Positions 46,655-57,480 of a DNA stretch of 57,480 bases are shown in pieces (the stretch's first letter is position 1; the number at the start of each line of letters is the position of its first letter). The notes under the pieces were generated by a model. That model had not been told where the DNA came from, made no database searches, and saw nothing but the letters and a program-made list of their open reading frames with translations. A program made the position numbers and the translations under genes. The stretch comes from Candidatus Effluviviaceae Genus V sp. (GTDB taxonomy: Bacteria; Joyebacterota; Joyebacteria; Joyebacterales; Joyebacteraceae). The DNA is taken from NCBI GenBank assembly GCA_014728125.1, contig WJMD01000135.1, positions 1 through 57,480 of the forward strand. The letters run 5' to 3'.

Positions 46655-47452
46655 CTACAACCGGAATCGCTCTCCGAGATAGAGCTTCTTCGCCTCCTCG
46701 TTCGCGGCGAGCTCGTCGGCTTTGCCTGAGAGGAGAATCCTACCCTCGTACATGATATACGCGCGGTCGGTGACGGACAACGTTTCTCGGACGCTGTGGT
46801 CCGTTATCAGGATGCCGATACCGCGGTCCCTCAGGCGCCGGATGATCGCCTGGATGTCCTGCACCACGATGGGGTCGATGCCGACGAACGGTTCATCGAG
46901 CAGCAGGAAGGCCGGCCTCGCGACGAGCGCCCTCGTGATCTCCACACGCCGTCTCTCACCTCCCGAGAGCGTGTCGGACGACCGGTCCCTGAGGGCTCCG
47001 ATGTCCAGCTCGCCGAGCAGCTGCTCCATGCGCCGGCGCCTCTCCCGCCGGTCGGGCTCGATGGTCTCGAGTATCGACATGATGTTCTGACCGACCGTGA
47101 GTCCCCTGAAGATCGAGGACTCCTGCGACAGGTAGCCGACGCCGAGTCTCGCTCTCCGGTACATCGGAAGCGACGTGACATCGCGTCCGTCCAGCAGCAC
47201 AGCGCCGCCGTCGGGCGAGAGGAGTCCGACGATCATGTGGAACGACGTCGTCTTGCCGGCACCGTTCGGCCCGAGAAGCCCGACGACCTCACCTCTGCCG
47301 AGATCCAGGTCGACCTCGTCCACGACCGTCCGTCTCCCGTAGCGCTTAACGAGCCCGCGGGCCGCCAGACTCCTCGGCCCCTGTTCGAGAACCCGCTGTC
47401 CGGCGAGCGACGGGCCGGGCGCGGCGTCGTGAGCCGCCTCACTCTTCCTCAA
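46655..47452 (-). CDS. lptB: LPS export ABC transporter ATP-binding protein
   Basis: Walker A GPNGAGKTT, signature LSGGERRRVEI, Walker B LLLDEPF. TTG at 47452 with GAGGGAGAG SD. Confidence 0.85.
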   Translation of the reverse strand: MRKSEAAHDAAPGPSLAGQRVLEQGPRSLAARGLVKRYGRRTVVDEVDLDLGRGEVVGLLGPNGAGKTTSFHMIVGLLSPDGGAVLLDGRDVTSLPMYRRARLGVGYLSQESSIFRGLTVGQNIMSILETIEPDRRERRRRMEQLLGELDIGALRDRSSDTLSGGERRRVEITRALVARPAFLLLDEPFVGIDPIVVQDIQAIIRRLRDRGIGILITDHSVRETLSVTDRAYIMYEGRILLSGKADELAANEEAKKLYLGERFRL

Positions 47453-47996
47453 CGAGCTCTCCCTCGGGGGTTCTGATGTATGCCTCGAAGTCGGAGTGGA
47501 CCTTGATGTTCCTGAGATCGGGGTCGGCCGTCAGACCGGTTCCGGTCATGACGTCGTCGCCGCGCGTCACGCGTACGAAGCGGTCGGTCTCGATCGTACC
47601 GGTCCGCTCCGACCAGGTAGCGTACTCGGTCTCAAGCACCGTTTCGTCCTCGGCCGTGACAACGACGTCTCCGGTCGCCTCCATCGAGTTCGTCCGCTCG
47701 TGAAGAACGCCCTCCCGGGCTCGAAGCGTCGATCGCACGCTGCCGTCCTTCTCGAAGAAGACGGCCCTGACACCGGTCATCTCGATGCGACCGGCATCCT
47801 CGAAGACGAGCGCGCGGTCAGCGTCGAGGCGCCAGATGGGTGTGCCCTCGCGCGTCTGGGTCAGCGAGAACGCGTCGATCTCCTGATCGGGAACGACGCC
47901 GCCCTCCTCCTCTCCCGGGGGCGACTGACTGCGACACCCGCCGAGAACGAGCAGCGTCACGGCACACAGCACGAACACGATCCGGGACACGCGCAC
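47439..47996 (-). CDS. lptC: LptC/LptA (OstA-like) periplasmic LPS transport protein, lipoprotein-anchored
   Basis: The GTG at 47996 after a GGAGGG SD gives (M)RVSRIVFVLCAVTLLVLGGC. All-beta OstA-like body. The promoter at 48046..48074 excludes the ORF-track start at 48074. Confidence 0.65.
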   Translation of the reverse strand: MRVSRIVFVLCAVTLLVLGGCRSQSPPGEEEGGVVPDQEIDAFSLTQTREGTPIWRLDADRALVFEDAGRIEMTGVRAVFFEKDGSVRSTLRAREGVLHERTNSMEATGDVVVTAEDETVLETEYATWSERTGTIETDRFVRVTRGDDVMTGTGLTADPDLRNIKVHSDFEAYIRTPEGELVEEE

Positions 47997-48045
47997 GGGA
48001 ACCAACCCTCCAGAGACTCGATTCGGACGCGATACCACCGGCGCC

Positions 48046-48074
48046 AATATACCCGAGTTGGCCGGCGCTCTCAA
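48046..48074 (-). promoter_or_regulatory. Candidate internal promoter for lptC-lptB-rpoN...
   Basis: Minus strand: TTGAGA (48074..48069), 17-nt spacer, TATATT (48051..48046). Sits in the 223-nt gap after kdsD. Confidence 0.45.
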
Positions 48075-48219
48075 GGAGTGCCCGCGGTTCCTGGTCTTCA
48101 GGGGATGGAGGACTGAATACCGCCTCGGCTCCTACAGTGCAAGAGATGCACCATCGTCTGCCTGATGTGGCGGGTCGCAGGGGTGGAGCGCACCGAGAGA
48201 GAGTTCAGGGGGATCTGTC

Positions 48220-49200
48220 TCAGCCGACGGCGCGAAGGCAATCGTGGATGTGGATGACGCCGTCGGGTCGACCGCTCTCGTCCACGATGATGAGCGACGT
48301 GATCGGCCCCTCGCTCTCCATCTTCTGAAGAGCGGCAACCACCAGCTCATCGCGGCCGATGATCCTGGGTGACGTCGTCATGAACTCCGCGACCCGAGCG
48401 TCGAGCATGTCCGCTCGGCGCATGATGATGCGTTTGAGGTCGCCGTCGGTCACAATGCCCTCAAGCCGCCCGTCGACACCGGTCACGGCGACCATGCCGA
48501 GCCGCTTGTTCGCGATCTCGCAGATCGCCTCCCGCATCGTTGCGTCCCGCGGGACGGTGGGAACGTCCTCTCCGGAATGCATGACGTCGGCGACGCGCAG
48601 CAGGAGCCTCCGTCCCAGCGCCCCGCCGGGGTGATAGCGAGCGAACATCGCCGGATCGACGTCCTTCTCTGCGAGAACCGCCACGGCCAGTGCGTCACCC
48701 AGCGCCAGGGCGGCCGTCGTGCTCGCCGTCGGCACCAGGTCCATCGGGCAGGCTTCCCGCTCGACCGATGCGTCGAGGACGACGTCCGCCTCCGACGCGA
48801 GCGACGAACCTGTGTTCCCGGTGATGGCGATGATCGCTGCGGCCATCTCCCGGAAGACGGGCAGGATCCTCAGGATCTCCTCGCCCTCGCCGCTCTTGGA
48901 GATGGCGATGACCACGTCGCCGCCGTCGATGACACCCACGTCACCGTGGGCGGCATCGGCCGGGTGCAGGAAGACTGCCGGGGTGCCGGTGCTCGTGAGG
49001 GTCCCGGCGAGCTTCCTCGCCACCGTTCCCGACTTGCCCGTGCCGCAGATGACGACCGTCCCCTTCGCCCCGAGCACGGTCCTGACCGCCTCGGCGAACG
49101 AGGGTCCCAGCCGCTCCGCGACCGCGGCGACGGCGTCGGACTCGAGCCGGAGAACCTCCCGTCCCGATGCGACGATGTCGGCGTCGGAGCGCCCGCTCAT
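48220..49200 (-). CDS. kdsD: Arabinose-5-phosphate isomerase (KpsF/GutQ family)
   Basis: SIS domain (VVICGTGKSGTVARKLA) plus tandem CBS domains. ATGA overlap with kdsC. Confidence 0.85.
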   Translation of the reverse strand: MSGRSDADIVASGREVLRLESDAVAAVAERLGPSFAEAVRTVLGAKGTVVICGTGKSGTVARKLAGTLTSTGTPAVFLHPADAAHGDVGVIDGGDVVIAISKSGEGEEILRILPVFREMAAAIIAITGNTGSSLASEADVVLDASVEREACPMDLVPTASTTAALALGDALAVAVLAEKDVDPAMFARYHPGGALGRRLLLRVADVMHSGEDVPTVPRDATMREAICEIANKRLGMVAVTGVDGRLEGIVTDGDLKRIIMRRADMLDARVAEFMTTSPRIIGRDELVVAALQKMESEGPITSLIIVDESGRPDGVIHIHDCLRAVG

Positions 49201-49753
49201 GCGACACCTCCGGAAGCCACGCTCCCCTTCCTCGCGAGATACCGCGTCACCACATCATCCCAGTCTCCGCGCGCCCTCAGGATCGCCTCGATCGTCTCCC
49301 TGACGGCCCCGTGGCCGCCGCGCGCCTCGGTCACACAATCCGCCGCCTCCAGCACGTCCTGCGCCGCGTCGGCGACGGCGACACCGAGTCCGACCTCGCG
49401 GATCGGCACGAGGTCGACCACGTCATCGCCGATGTAGACGACCTCTTCGAGGCCGATGCCGAGCGACGCGGCCAGCTCCTCGACGACCGGGAGCTTGAGG
49501 TCGTGACCCAGTCGGATCAGCGTGATCCCGAGCATCTCGGCGCGGCGTTCCACGATCTCTGATCGCCTGCCCGAGAGGAGGGCCACCTGGATACCGGCCT
49601 CCTGAGCGAACTTGATGCCGATACCGTCGCGGACCGAGAAGCTCTTGATCTCCTCTCCGGCTCTGCCGATGACCAACGACCCGTCGGTCATGGTCCCGTC
49701 GACGTCCGCGACGACGAGCTTCACGCGCGAAGCGGCGTCCCGATCGAACGATA

Positions 49754-49757
<4 letters not shown>
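49197..49757 (-). CDS. kdsC: 3-deoxy-D-manno-octulosonate 8-phosphate phosphatase (HAD, YrbI family)
   Basis: HAD motif I VVADVDGTMTDG; GDDVVD motif. ATGA overlap with kdsA. Confidence 0.8.
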
Positions 49758-53026
<3,269 letters not shown>

Positions 53027-53053
53027 GGAGTCCGCTCTGTGCGACCGTCCGGT

Positions 53054-53707
53054 CTATTCGTAGTCCAGCACGACGACGCGCGGCGGCTCCGGCAGGTTCT
53101 CGGTATCCAGTTCGACGGTTCTTCCGCCCGCCCGGTCCACGTTCTCCATGAGCTTCAGAAAGTCGTCGACCGGCTGGATGGGGAAACCAAGAGCCTCGGT
53201 CTTGTAGTGCATCGGGATGATCACGCGCGCCCCGAGCGCCTCGGCCGCCTTCTTGGCCTCGTCGGGACCGATCGTGTAGTATCCACCGATCGGCGCCAGC
53301 AGGACATCGACGTTCCCGATCTCGGAGGCCTCCTCAGGCGAAAGCTCGTGTCCCAGGTCGCCGAGGTGGCCGACCGTGAGACCGTCGACCTCCATGACGT
53401 AGACCGTGTTCCGGCCCCGCTCCTGGCCCCTGGTCTCGTCGTGGTAGGTCGAGTATCCGCGGATGGCCACGTCCTGCACGGTCTTCGGCTCGGTCCCACG
53501 GATGATCTCCGGCGAGCCCGTCACCGTGTCGACCGCGTTGTGGTCCGCGTGGTCGTGGCTGACTGTGACGATGTCGGCGCGCTCCGAGATCGGCTCGTAT
53601 CCCACGGCACCATCATAGGAGCCCGCTTCGAACGGATCGGTGATGACGCGGGTCCCGCTCTTCGACTCGATCAGAAATGACGCATGTCCTAGCCAGGTGA
53701 TTCTCAT
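53054..53707 (-). CDS. Metallo-beta-lactamase-fold hydrolase (UPF0173-like)
   Basis: MRITWLGHASFLIE..., VSHDHADH metal motif. ATG 53707 (alternative 53728). Confidence 0.7.
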   Translation of the reverse strand: MRITWLGHASFLIESKSGTRVITDPFEAGSYDGAVGYEPISERADIVTVSHDHADHNAVDTVTGSPEIIRGTEPKTVQDVAIRGYSTYHDETRGQERGRNTVYVMEVDGLTVGHLGDLGHELSPEEASEIGNVDVLLAPIGGYYTIGPDEAKKAAEALGARVIIPMHYKTEALGFPIQPVDDFLKLMENVDRAGGRTVELDTENLPEPPRVVVLDYE

Positions 53708-53765
53708 TCTGTCGACTCTCCTCCTCATCCACGACCCTGCCGACGGTGCGGTATCACCTTACAAT

Positions 53766-53813
53766 GAAAACAGGGACGCCACGCGAGGTGTGGTTCGCCC
53801 CGCTGCGTCCCTG
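53766..53813 (-). terminator. Intrinsic terminator of rplU-rpmA
   Basis: CAGGGACGC-25 nt-GCGTCCCTG (9-bp stem with inner pairing). On the minus strand it is followed by TTTTCATTGT. Confidence 0.5.
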
Positions 53814-53936
53814 CGATTCGTTCCGATCCGGCGCTCCGACGTACTCCCCGGTGGTTCGGCCGGCGGTTGGTCCTCGCCCAGGCCTTCGCCACCCACGTCG
53901 TCGCTACGCGATCCTCGTCCGGGCATGGTCGGCACG

Positions 53937-54185
53937 CTACTGAACGCTCACGCGCTTCCTGTTGCGCCCCCAGCGCTCGAACTGGACGTGACCGTCCTTG
54001 AGCGCGAAGAGCGTATCGTCTCCACCCTTCCCGACGTTCTCGCCGGGGTAGAACTTCGTCCCGCGCTGCTTGAGGATGATCGTACCAGCTCGTACGAACT
54101 CGCCTCCGTAGCGCTTGACCCCGAGGCGCTGCGCGTTGGAGTCGCGACCGTTCCTTGAACTGCCGACGCCCTTCTTGTGTGCCAC
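53937..54185 (-). CDS. rpmA: 50S ribosomal protein L27
   Basis: GTG start after an [31 protein letters not shown]. Confidence 0.95.
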   Translation of the reverse strand: MAHKKGVGSSRNGRDSNAQRLGVKRYGGEFVRAGTIILKQRGTKFYPGENVGKGGDDTLFALKDGHVQFERWGRNRKRVSVQ

Positions 54186-54218
54186 GAAAAACCTCCTGAG
54201 AACGAGTCCCCGGCGGCG

Positions 54219-54536
54219 TCAGGACGCCTGGATGCCCTTGATCCTGAGCTCGGTGAAGTCCTGCCGGTGACCCTGCGTCTTCTGGTAGCCCTTTCTGCGC
54301 TTCTTCTTGTAGACGATGATCTTCGGGCGGCGCCCGTGCGAGACGACCTCGGCGTCGACCGCAGCCCCCTCGACGAGCGGCGTGCCCACGGTGAGCTCGC
54401 CATCGCGGCTCAGGGCAAGCACTTCGTCGAGATGGACCGTGTCTCCGGGCTCGACCTCGAGCTTCGGGACGCGGATCCGATCGCCCTCGGACACCCTGTA
54501 CTGGTATCCTCCGGTCCGGACGACGGCGTAGCTCAC
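54219..54536 (-). CDS. rplU: 50S ribosomal protein L21
   Basis: The GTG at 54536 after a GAGGAGGAG SD gives (M)SYAVVRTGGYQYRV. The 105-aa length is typical. The ORF track extends to 54587. Confidence 0.9.
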   Translation of the reverse strand: MSYAVVRTGGYQYRVSEGDRIRVPKLEVEPGDTVHLDEVLALSRDGELTVGTPLVEGAAVDAEVVSHGRRPKIIVYKKKRRKGYQKTQGHRQDFTELRIKGIQAS

Positions 54537-54587
54537 ATCTCCTCCTCGGGATAGTCCGTCTATCACGTCTCTGCTACGAACCCCCAT

Positions 54588-54615
54588 ACTATAGCGGCTC
54601 CTCCGTCTCTGTCAA
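54588..54615 (-). promoter_or_regulatory. Near-consensus sigma70 promoter for rplU-rpmA
   Basis: Minus strand: TTGACA (54615..54610), 16-nt spacer, TATAGT (54593..54588). Leader of about 45 nt. Confidence 0.55.
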
Positions 54616-54763
54616 GCGGCAAGTAGGGCGGCGCCATCGTGCTTCCGCCCCGGAGGCCGCCGTGCTATCCTCCCCGGAAGCGCACACGAAACGCGCGCTT
54701 CGCCCGGCGACGCCGCGCTGGAGCGCGAGAACCCACGGTGAAGGTGACGACGTGCCCGACATC

Positions 54764-55642
54764 ATGCTCGGCCAGCTGCTCTCTCTGCTCTCAGCCCTCC
54801 TGTGGGCGTTCTCGGTCGTGCTCTTCCGCATGTCGGGACGGAGCATGACTCCCGTGGGCCTCAATCTCTTCAAGAGCGCCGTGGCGCTCCTGCTTCTCGT
54901 GCCCACGCTCTACTTCTTCGGAGGCGGCTATGCACCCGGCGGTCACGTGCTCGACATTCTCATCCTCTTCCTGGCGGGCGCCGTCGGCATCGCTGTGGCC
55001 GACACCGTCTTCTTCCAGGGCCTCAACCTTGTCGGCGCGGGCCTCTCTCAGATAGCCAGCTGCTCGTACAGCCCATTCGTCATCCTGATGTCGTTCTTCG
55101 CACTAGGCGAGCGGATCACCCCCGGCGACGGACTCGGTGCCGTGCTGATCCTCTCGGGCATCTTCATCTCCGCCCGGCACGACCCGCCGCGCGGCGTCGG
55201 GCCCTCCGAGCTCAGGAAGGGCATCATACTCTGCACCATCGCCATGGCGCTCAACGCGCTCGGTGTCGTCATCGGCAAGCCTGTTCTCAACCGCACGCCG
55301 GTTCTCTGGGCCACCACGGCCCGCCTCGCGGGAGGCGTGCTCACCCTGGCGCTCATCGCGCTCTTCGTCCCGAGGCTGAGGAACGCGTGGAGGGCCTTCG
55401 TCCCGCACAGAAGCTGGAGGATCGCTCTTCCGGCGTCCGTCATCGGGACGTACCTCACGATGCTGGTGTGGATAGCGGGGATGAAGTTCGCGCCCGTCTC
55501 GATCGCCTCCATCCTCAATCAGACGAGCGCCATCTTCGTGCTTCCGGTCGCCGCTCTCATGCTCCGTGAGCCGATCACGCCGAGGAAGCTCATCGCCGTC
55601 GGGCTGGCGCTCGGCGGCGTCGCGCTGGTCACACTGGCGTGA
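54764..55642 (+). CDS. EamA/DMT-family transporter
   Basis: Ten hydrophobic segments in two EamA-like halves (MLGQLLSLLSALLWAFSVVLF...; ...GERITPGDGLGAVLILSGIFI). Start is ATG 54764 or GTG 54752. Confidence 0.7.
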   Translation: MLGQLLSLLSALLWAFSVVLFRMSGRSMTPVGLNLFKSAVALLLLVPTLYFFGGGYAPGGHVLDILILFLAGAVGIAVADTVFFQGLNLVGAGLSQIASCSYSPFVILMSFFALGERITPGDGLGAVLILSGIFISARHDPPRGVGPSELRKGIILCTIAMALNALGVVIGKPVLNRTPVLWATTARLAGGVLTLALIALFVPRLRNAWRAFVPHRSWRIALPASVIGTYLTMLVWIAGMKFAPVSIASILNQTSAIFVLPVAALMLREPITPRKLIAVGLALGGVALVTLA

Positions 55643-55649
55643 CGTTCCG

Positions 55650-57480
55650 TCAGTGCGGAACCGTCCCGTCCGTCATGGCATGCTGGACCTCGCTCACCAG
55701 GCTGTCCATGAGATACGGCTTCTGTACGAACCCGGCGATCCCCTCGCCGGCGAACTGACCGTACACCTCCTGCTCGGAGTAGCCGCTCGACAGCACGACA
55801 CGCACGTCCTCCCGGATGCGTCTGAGTTCGTCGAAGGTCTCGCGTCCGTCCATGCGGGGCATCGTCAGGTCGAGCAGTACGCAGCCCACCTCGTCCTGGT
55901 GGTCCCTGAAGTACTCGACCGCCTCGTTCCCGTCGGATGCCGTCACGACCTTGAAGCCCGACTGCTCCAACATGCTGGCGCCGACCAGTCGGACCGTCTC
56001 CTCGTCGTCCACCAGCAGCACCGTGCCGTCAGACGCCCCTGCGGTCGACTGCACCGCGGGCTTTCCGTCCGGGACCGGACGTGCCTCATCGGCCGGGAAC
56101 AGGATGCGGAACGTCGTGCCGCGTCCCTCGCGGCTCTGAACGTGGATGCCTCCCTTGTGCCCACGGATGATGCCGAGCGCCGCCGCGAGCCCGAGACCCC
56201 GGCCCGTGAACTTCGTCGTGAAGAACGGGTCGAAGATCTTCGTGAGCGTCTCCTCGGACATGCCGCACCCGGTGTCCGAGACCTCGACGTAGACGTACGT
56301 CCCCTCGGCGAGCTCGCTGCCCGCGTAGCACTGCGCCAGGTCTGCCTGGGTGCACTCGCCGACGCCGGTCGACAGCGAGATGACGCCGTCCTCGTCGCCG
56401 ATCGCGTCCGAGGCGTTCGTGATCAGGTTCATGATCACCTGACGCACCTGGGTGGGGTCTCCCGTGACGGGGGGAAGACCGCTCGACAGATCGCAGCGCA
56501 GCGTCGCCTTCTTCGAGATCGAGACCTCGAGGAGGTTGCTCATCTCGGCCACGACGTCATTGAGGTCGATCGGCTCAATGACGAAGTTGCCTCTGCCTGA
56601 GTACGCGAGCATCTGCTTCGATAGATCCGCTGCGCGCTCCGCGCTCTTCTTGATCTCCTTGAGGCTCTTCCCGACCGCCGTGTCGCTCGTCGTTGACATG
56701 AGCGCGAGGTCGGCGTTTCCGAGAATGCCCGTCAGCAGGTTGTTGAAATCGTGAGCGATGCCGCCCGCCAGCACACCGAGGCTCTCGAGCTTCTGCGCGT
56801 GCCGCATCTGTTCCTCGAGTTCCCGCCGCTCCTCCTGAGCGCGCATCCGCTCGATGGCGGCCGCGATGGTGCCCGACACGAAGGTCATGATCTCGAGGTG
56901 CTTCTCCGTATAGACCGACGCCTGGTCGTATCGCTGGACCGCGACGACCCCGAAGACCTCCTGTCTCGTGCGGAGGGGCACGCCCAGCCAGATGGGGGAA
57001 TCGGTCCCGACGAGATCGACCTCCCCCTCCTCCTGAAGCACTGCATGCACCTCCTCGTCGACCAGCAGAGGCCTGCCGGTCCGGCGAACGTAATCCGTCA
57101 GGCTTCGTTTGAGTTCCATCGGTGTGACGTCGTCGATCTCGTCCTGCTCGTCGTAGTGACACGGGAACGTGTAGGTCCCGGCCTCACGGTCGTAGAGGGC
57201 CACATAGAAGTTGGTCGTGTCGAGCAGTCGCCCGAGGTCCGTGCGGATCGTGTCCAGCATCTCCTTGAGGTCGGCGGCGTCGTTCAGCGACTCCGAGATG
57301 CGAAAAAGCACAGACTGGAGCACCTCGGACTGCTTGAGTTCCGAGACGTCCTGCCCGTAGATGTTCACGTATCCCGATTCAAGAACGGGCGCCAGCACGA
57401 ACGAGTAGGTCCGGTCGGAGACGTTCGCCTCCAGACGGCCGGTCCTCTCCCTTTTGTAGGCCCCCATCACCGTCTCGCGA
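55650..57480 (-). CDS. Hybrid sensor histidine kinase (GAF-HisKA-HATPase-receiver), 5' end outside the window
   Basis: H-box GGIAHDFNNLLTGILG, G-boxes DTGCGM and GRGLGLA, receiver VLLVDDEE...LLDLTMPRMDG. The frame stays open to the window edge and the N-terminus reads like the end of a PAS domain. Confidence 0.85.
   Translation of the reverse strand, partial: RETVMGAYKRERTGRLEANVSDRTYSFVLAPVLESGYVNIYGQDVSELKQSEVLQSVLFRISESLNDAADLKEMLDTIRTDLGRLLDTTNFYVALYDREAGTYTFPCHYDEQDEIDDVTPMELKRSLTDYVRRTGRPLLVDEEVHAVLQEEGEVDLVGTDSPIWLGVPLRTRQEVFGVVAVQRYDQASVYTEKHLEIMTFVSGTIAAAIERMRAQEERRELEEQMRHAQKLESLGVLAGGIAHDFNNLLTGILGNADLALMSTTSDTAVGKSLKEIKKSAERAADLSKQMLAYSGRGNFVIEPIDLNDVVAEMSNLLEVSISKKATLRCDLSSGLPPVTGDPTQVRQVIMNLITNASDAIGDEDGVISLSTGVGECTQADLAQCYAGSELAEGTYVYVEVSDTGCGMSEETLTKIFDPFFTTKFTGRGLGLAAALGIIRGHKGGIHVQSREGRGTTFRILFPADEARPVPDGKPAVQSTAGASDGTVLLVDDEETVRLVGASMLEQSGFKVVTASDGNEAVEYFRDHQDEVGCVLLDLTMPRMDGRETFDELRRIREDVRVVLSSGYSEQEVYGQFAGEGIAGFVQKPYLMDSLVSEVQHAMTDGTVPH

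Noticed and set aside
53746-53943. 65-aa plus-strand ORF, and a minus-strand ORF of about 58 aa, in the rpmA downstream spacer
   Set aside because: No SD. Composition is dominated by Arg/Pro/Gly. Both overlap the terminator hairpin, so they are more likely non-coding.
54616-54763. Riboswitch (for example guanidine or other EamA-associated classes) upstream of the EamA transporter
   Set aside because: Several GC hairpins are present, but none shows the ACGR loops or other conserved cores I know for transporter-associated riboswitches. I cannot support a call without covariance-model scanning (Rfam cmscan would decide).

Overview
Visibly GC-rich bacterial chromosomal window (G/C at nearly every third codon position). 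I call about 51 protein genes, nearly all on the minus strand and tightly packed. I found no rRNA, tRNA, CRISPR array, IS element, integrase or prophage signature. All product calls rest on motif recognition by eye; no searches were run.

Gene content in coordinate order:
- A cyclophilin lipoprotein with two TPR proteins.
- glnA, asnS, trkA-trkH, a UbiA-family prenyltransferase and dut.
- The classic block rimP-nusA-infB-DUF503-rbfA-DHH phosphoesterase-truB-ribF-rpsO-pnp.
- A protein of about 2,100 aa that matches the type IX secretion translocon SprA. It overlaps by 1 nt an M28/glutaminyl-cyclase-like lipoprotein gene and lies divergent from lptF-lptG.
- ahcY-metK.
- A roughly 22-kb co-directional cluster: MBL hydrolase-kdsB-pyrG-kdsA-kdsC-kdsD-lptC-lptB-rpoN-lipoyl-domain protein-lipA-hpf-hprK-EIIA(Man)-EIIB-GH57-EIIC-EIID-ptsH-ptsI-PGI/PMI-sugar nucleotidyltransferase.
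- rplU-rpmA, an EamA transporter, and a 5'-truncated GAF hybrid histidine kinase.

Several intergenic regions carry near-consensus TTGACA-N16-18-TAnnnT promoters and GC hairpin terminators.

Most interesting candidates:
1. A complete mannose-family PTS phosphorelay fused to the rpoN-hpf-hprK module and split by a translationally coupled GH57 alpha-glucan enzyme.
2. SprA coupled to a glutaminyl-cyclase-like lipoprotein. Both signal-peptidase-I substrates in the window are predicted to start with Gln.
3. An orphan 81-aa lipoyl-carrier domain coupled to lipA inside the rpoN cluster.
4. A terminator-like hairpin directly in front of the rimP-nusA ribosome-binding site.

I do not see a clear-cut novel multi-gene system such as a defence island. 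The region reads as core genome with unusual operon fusions.
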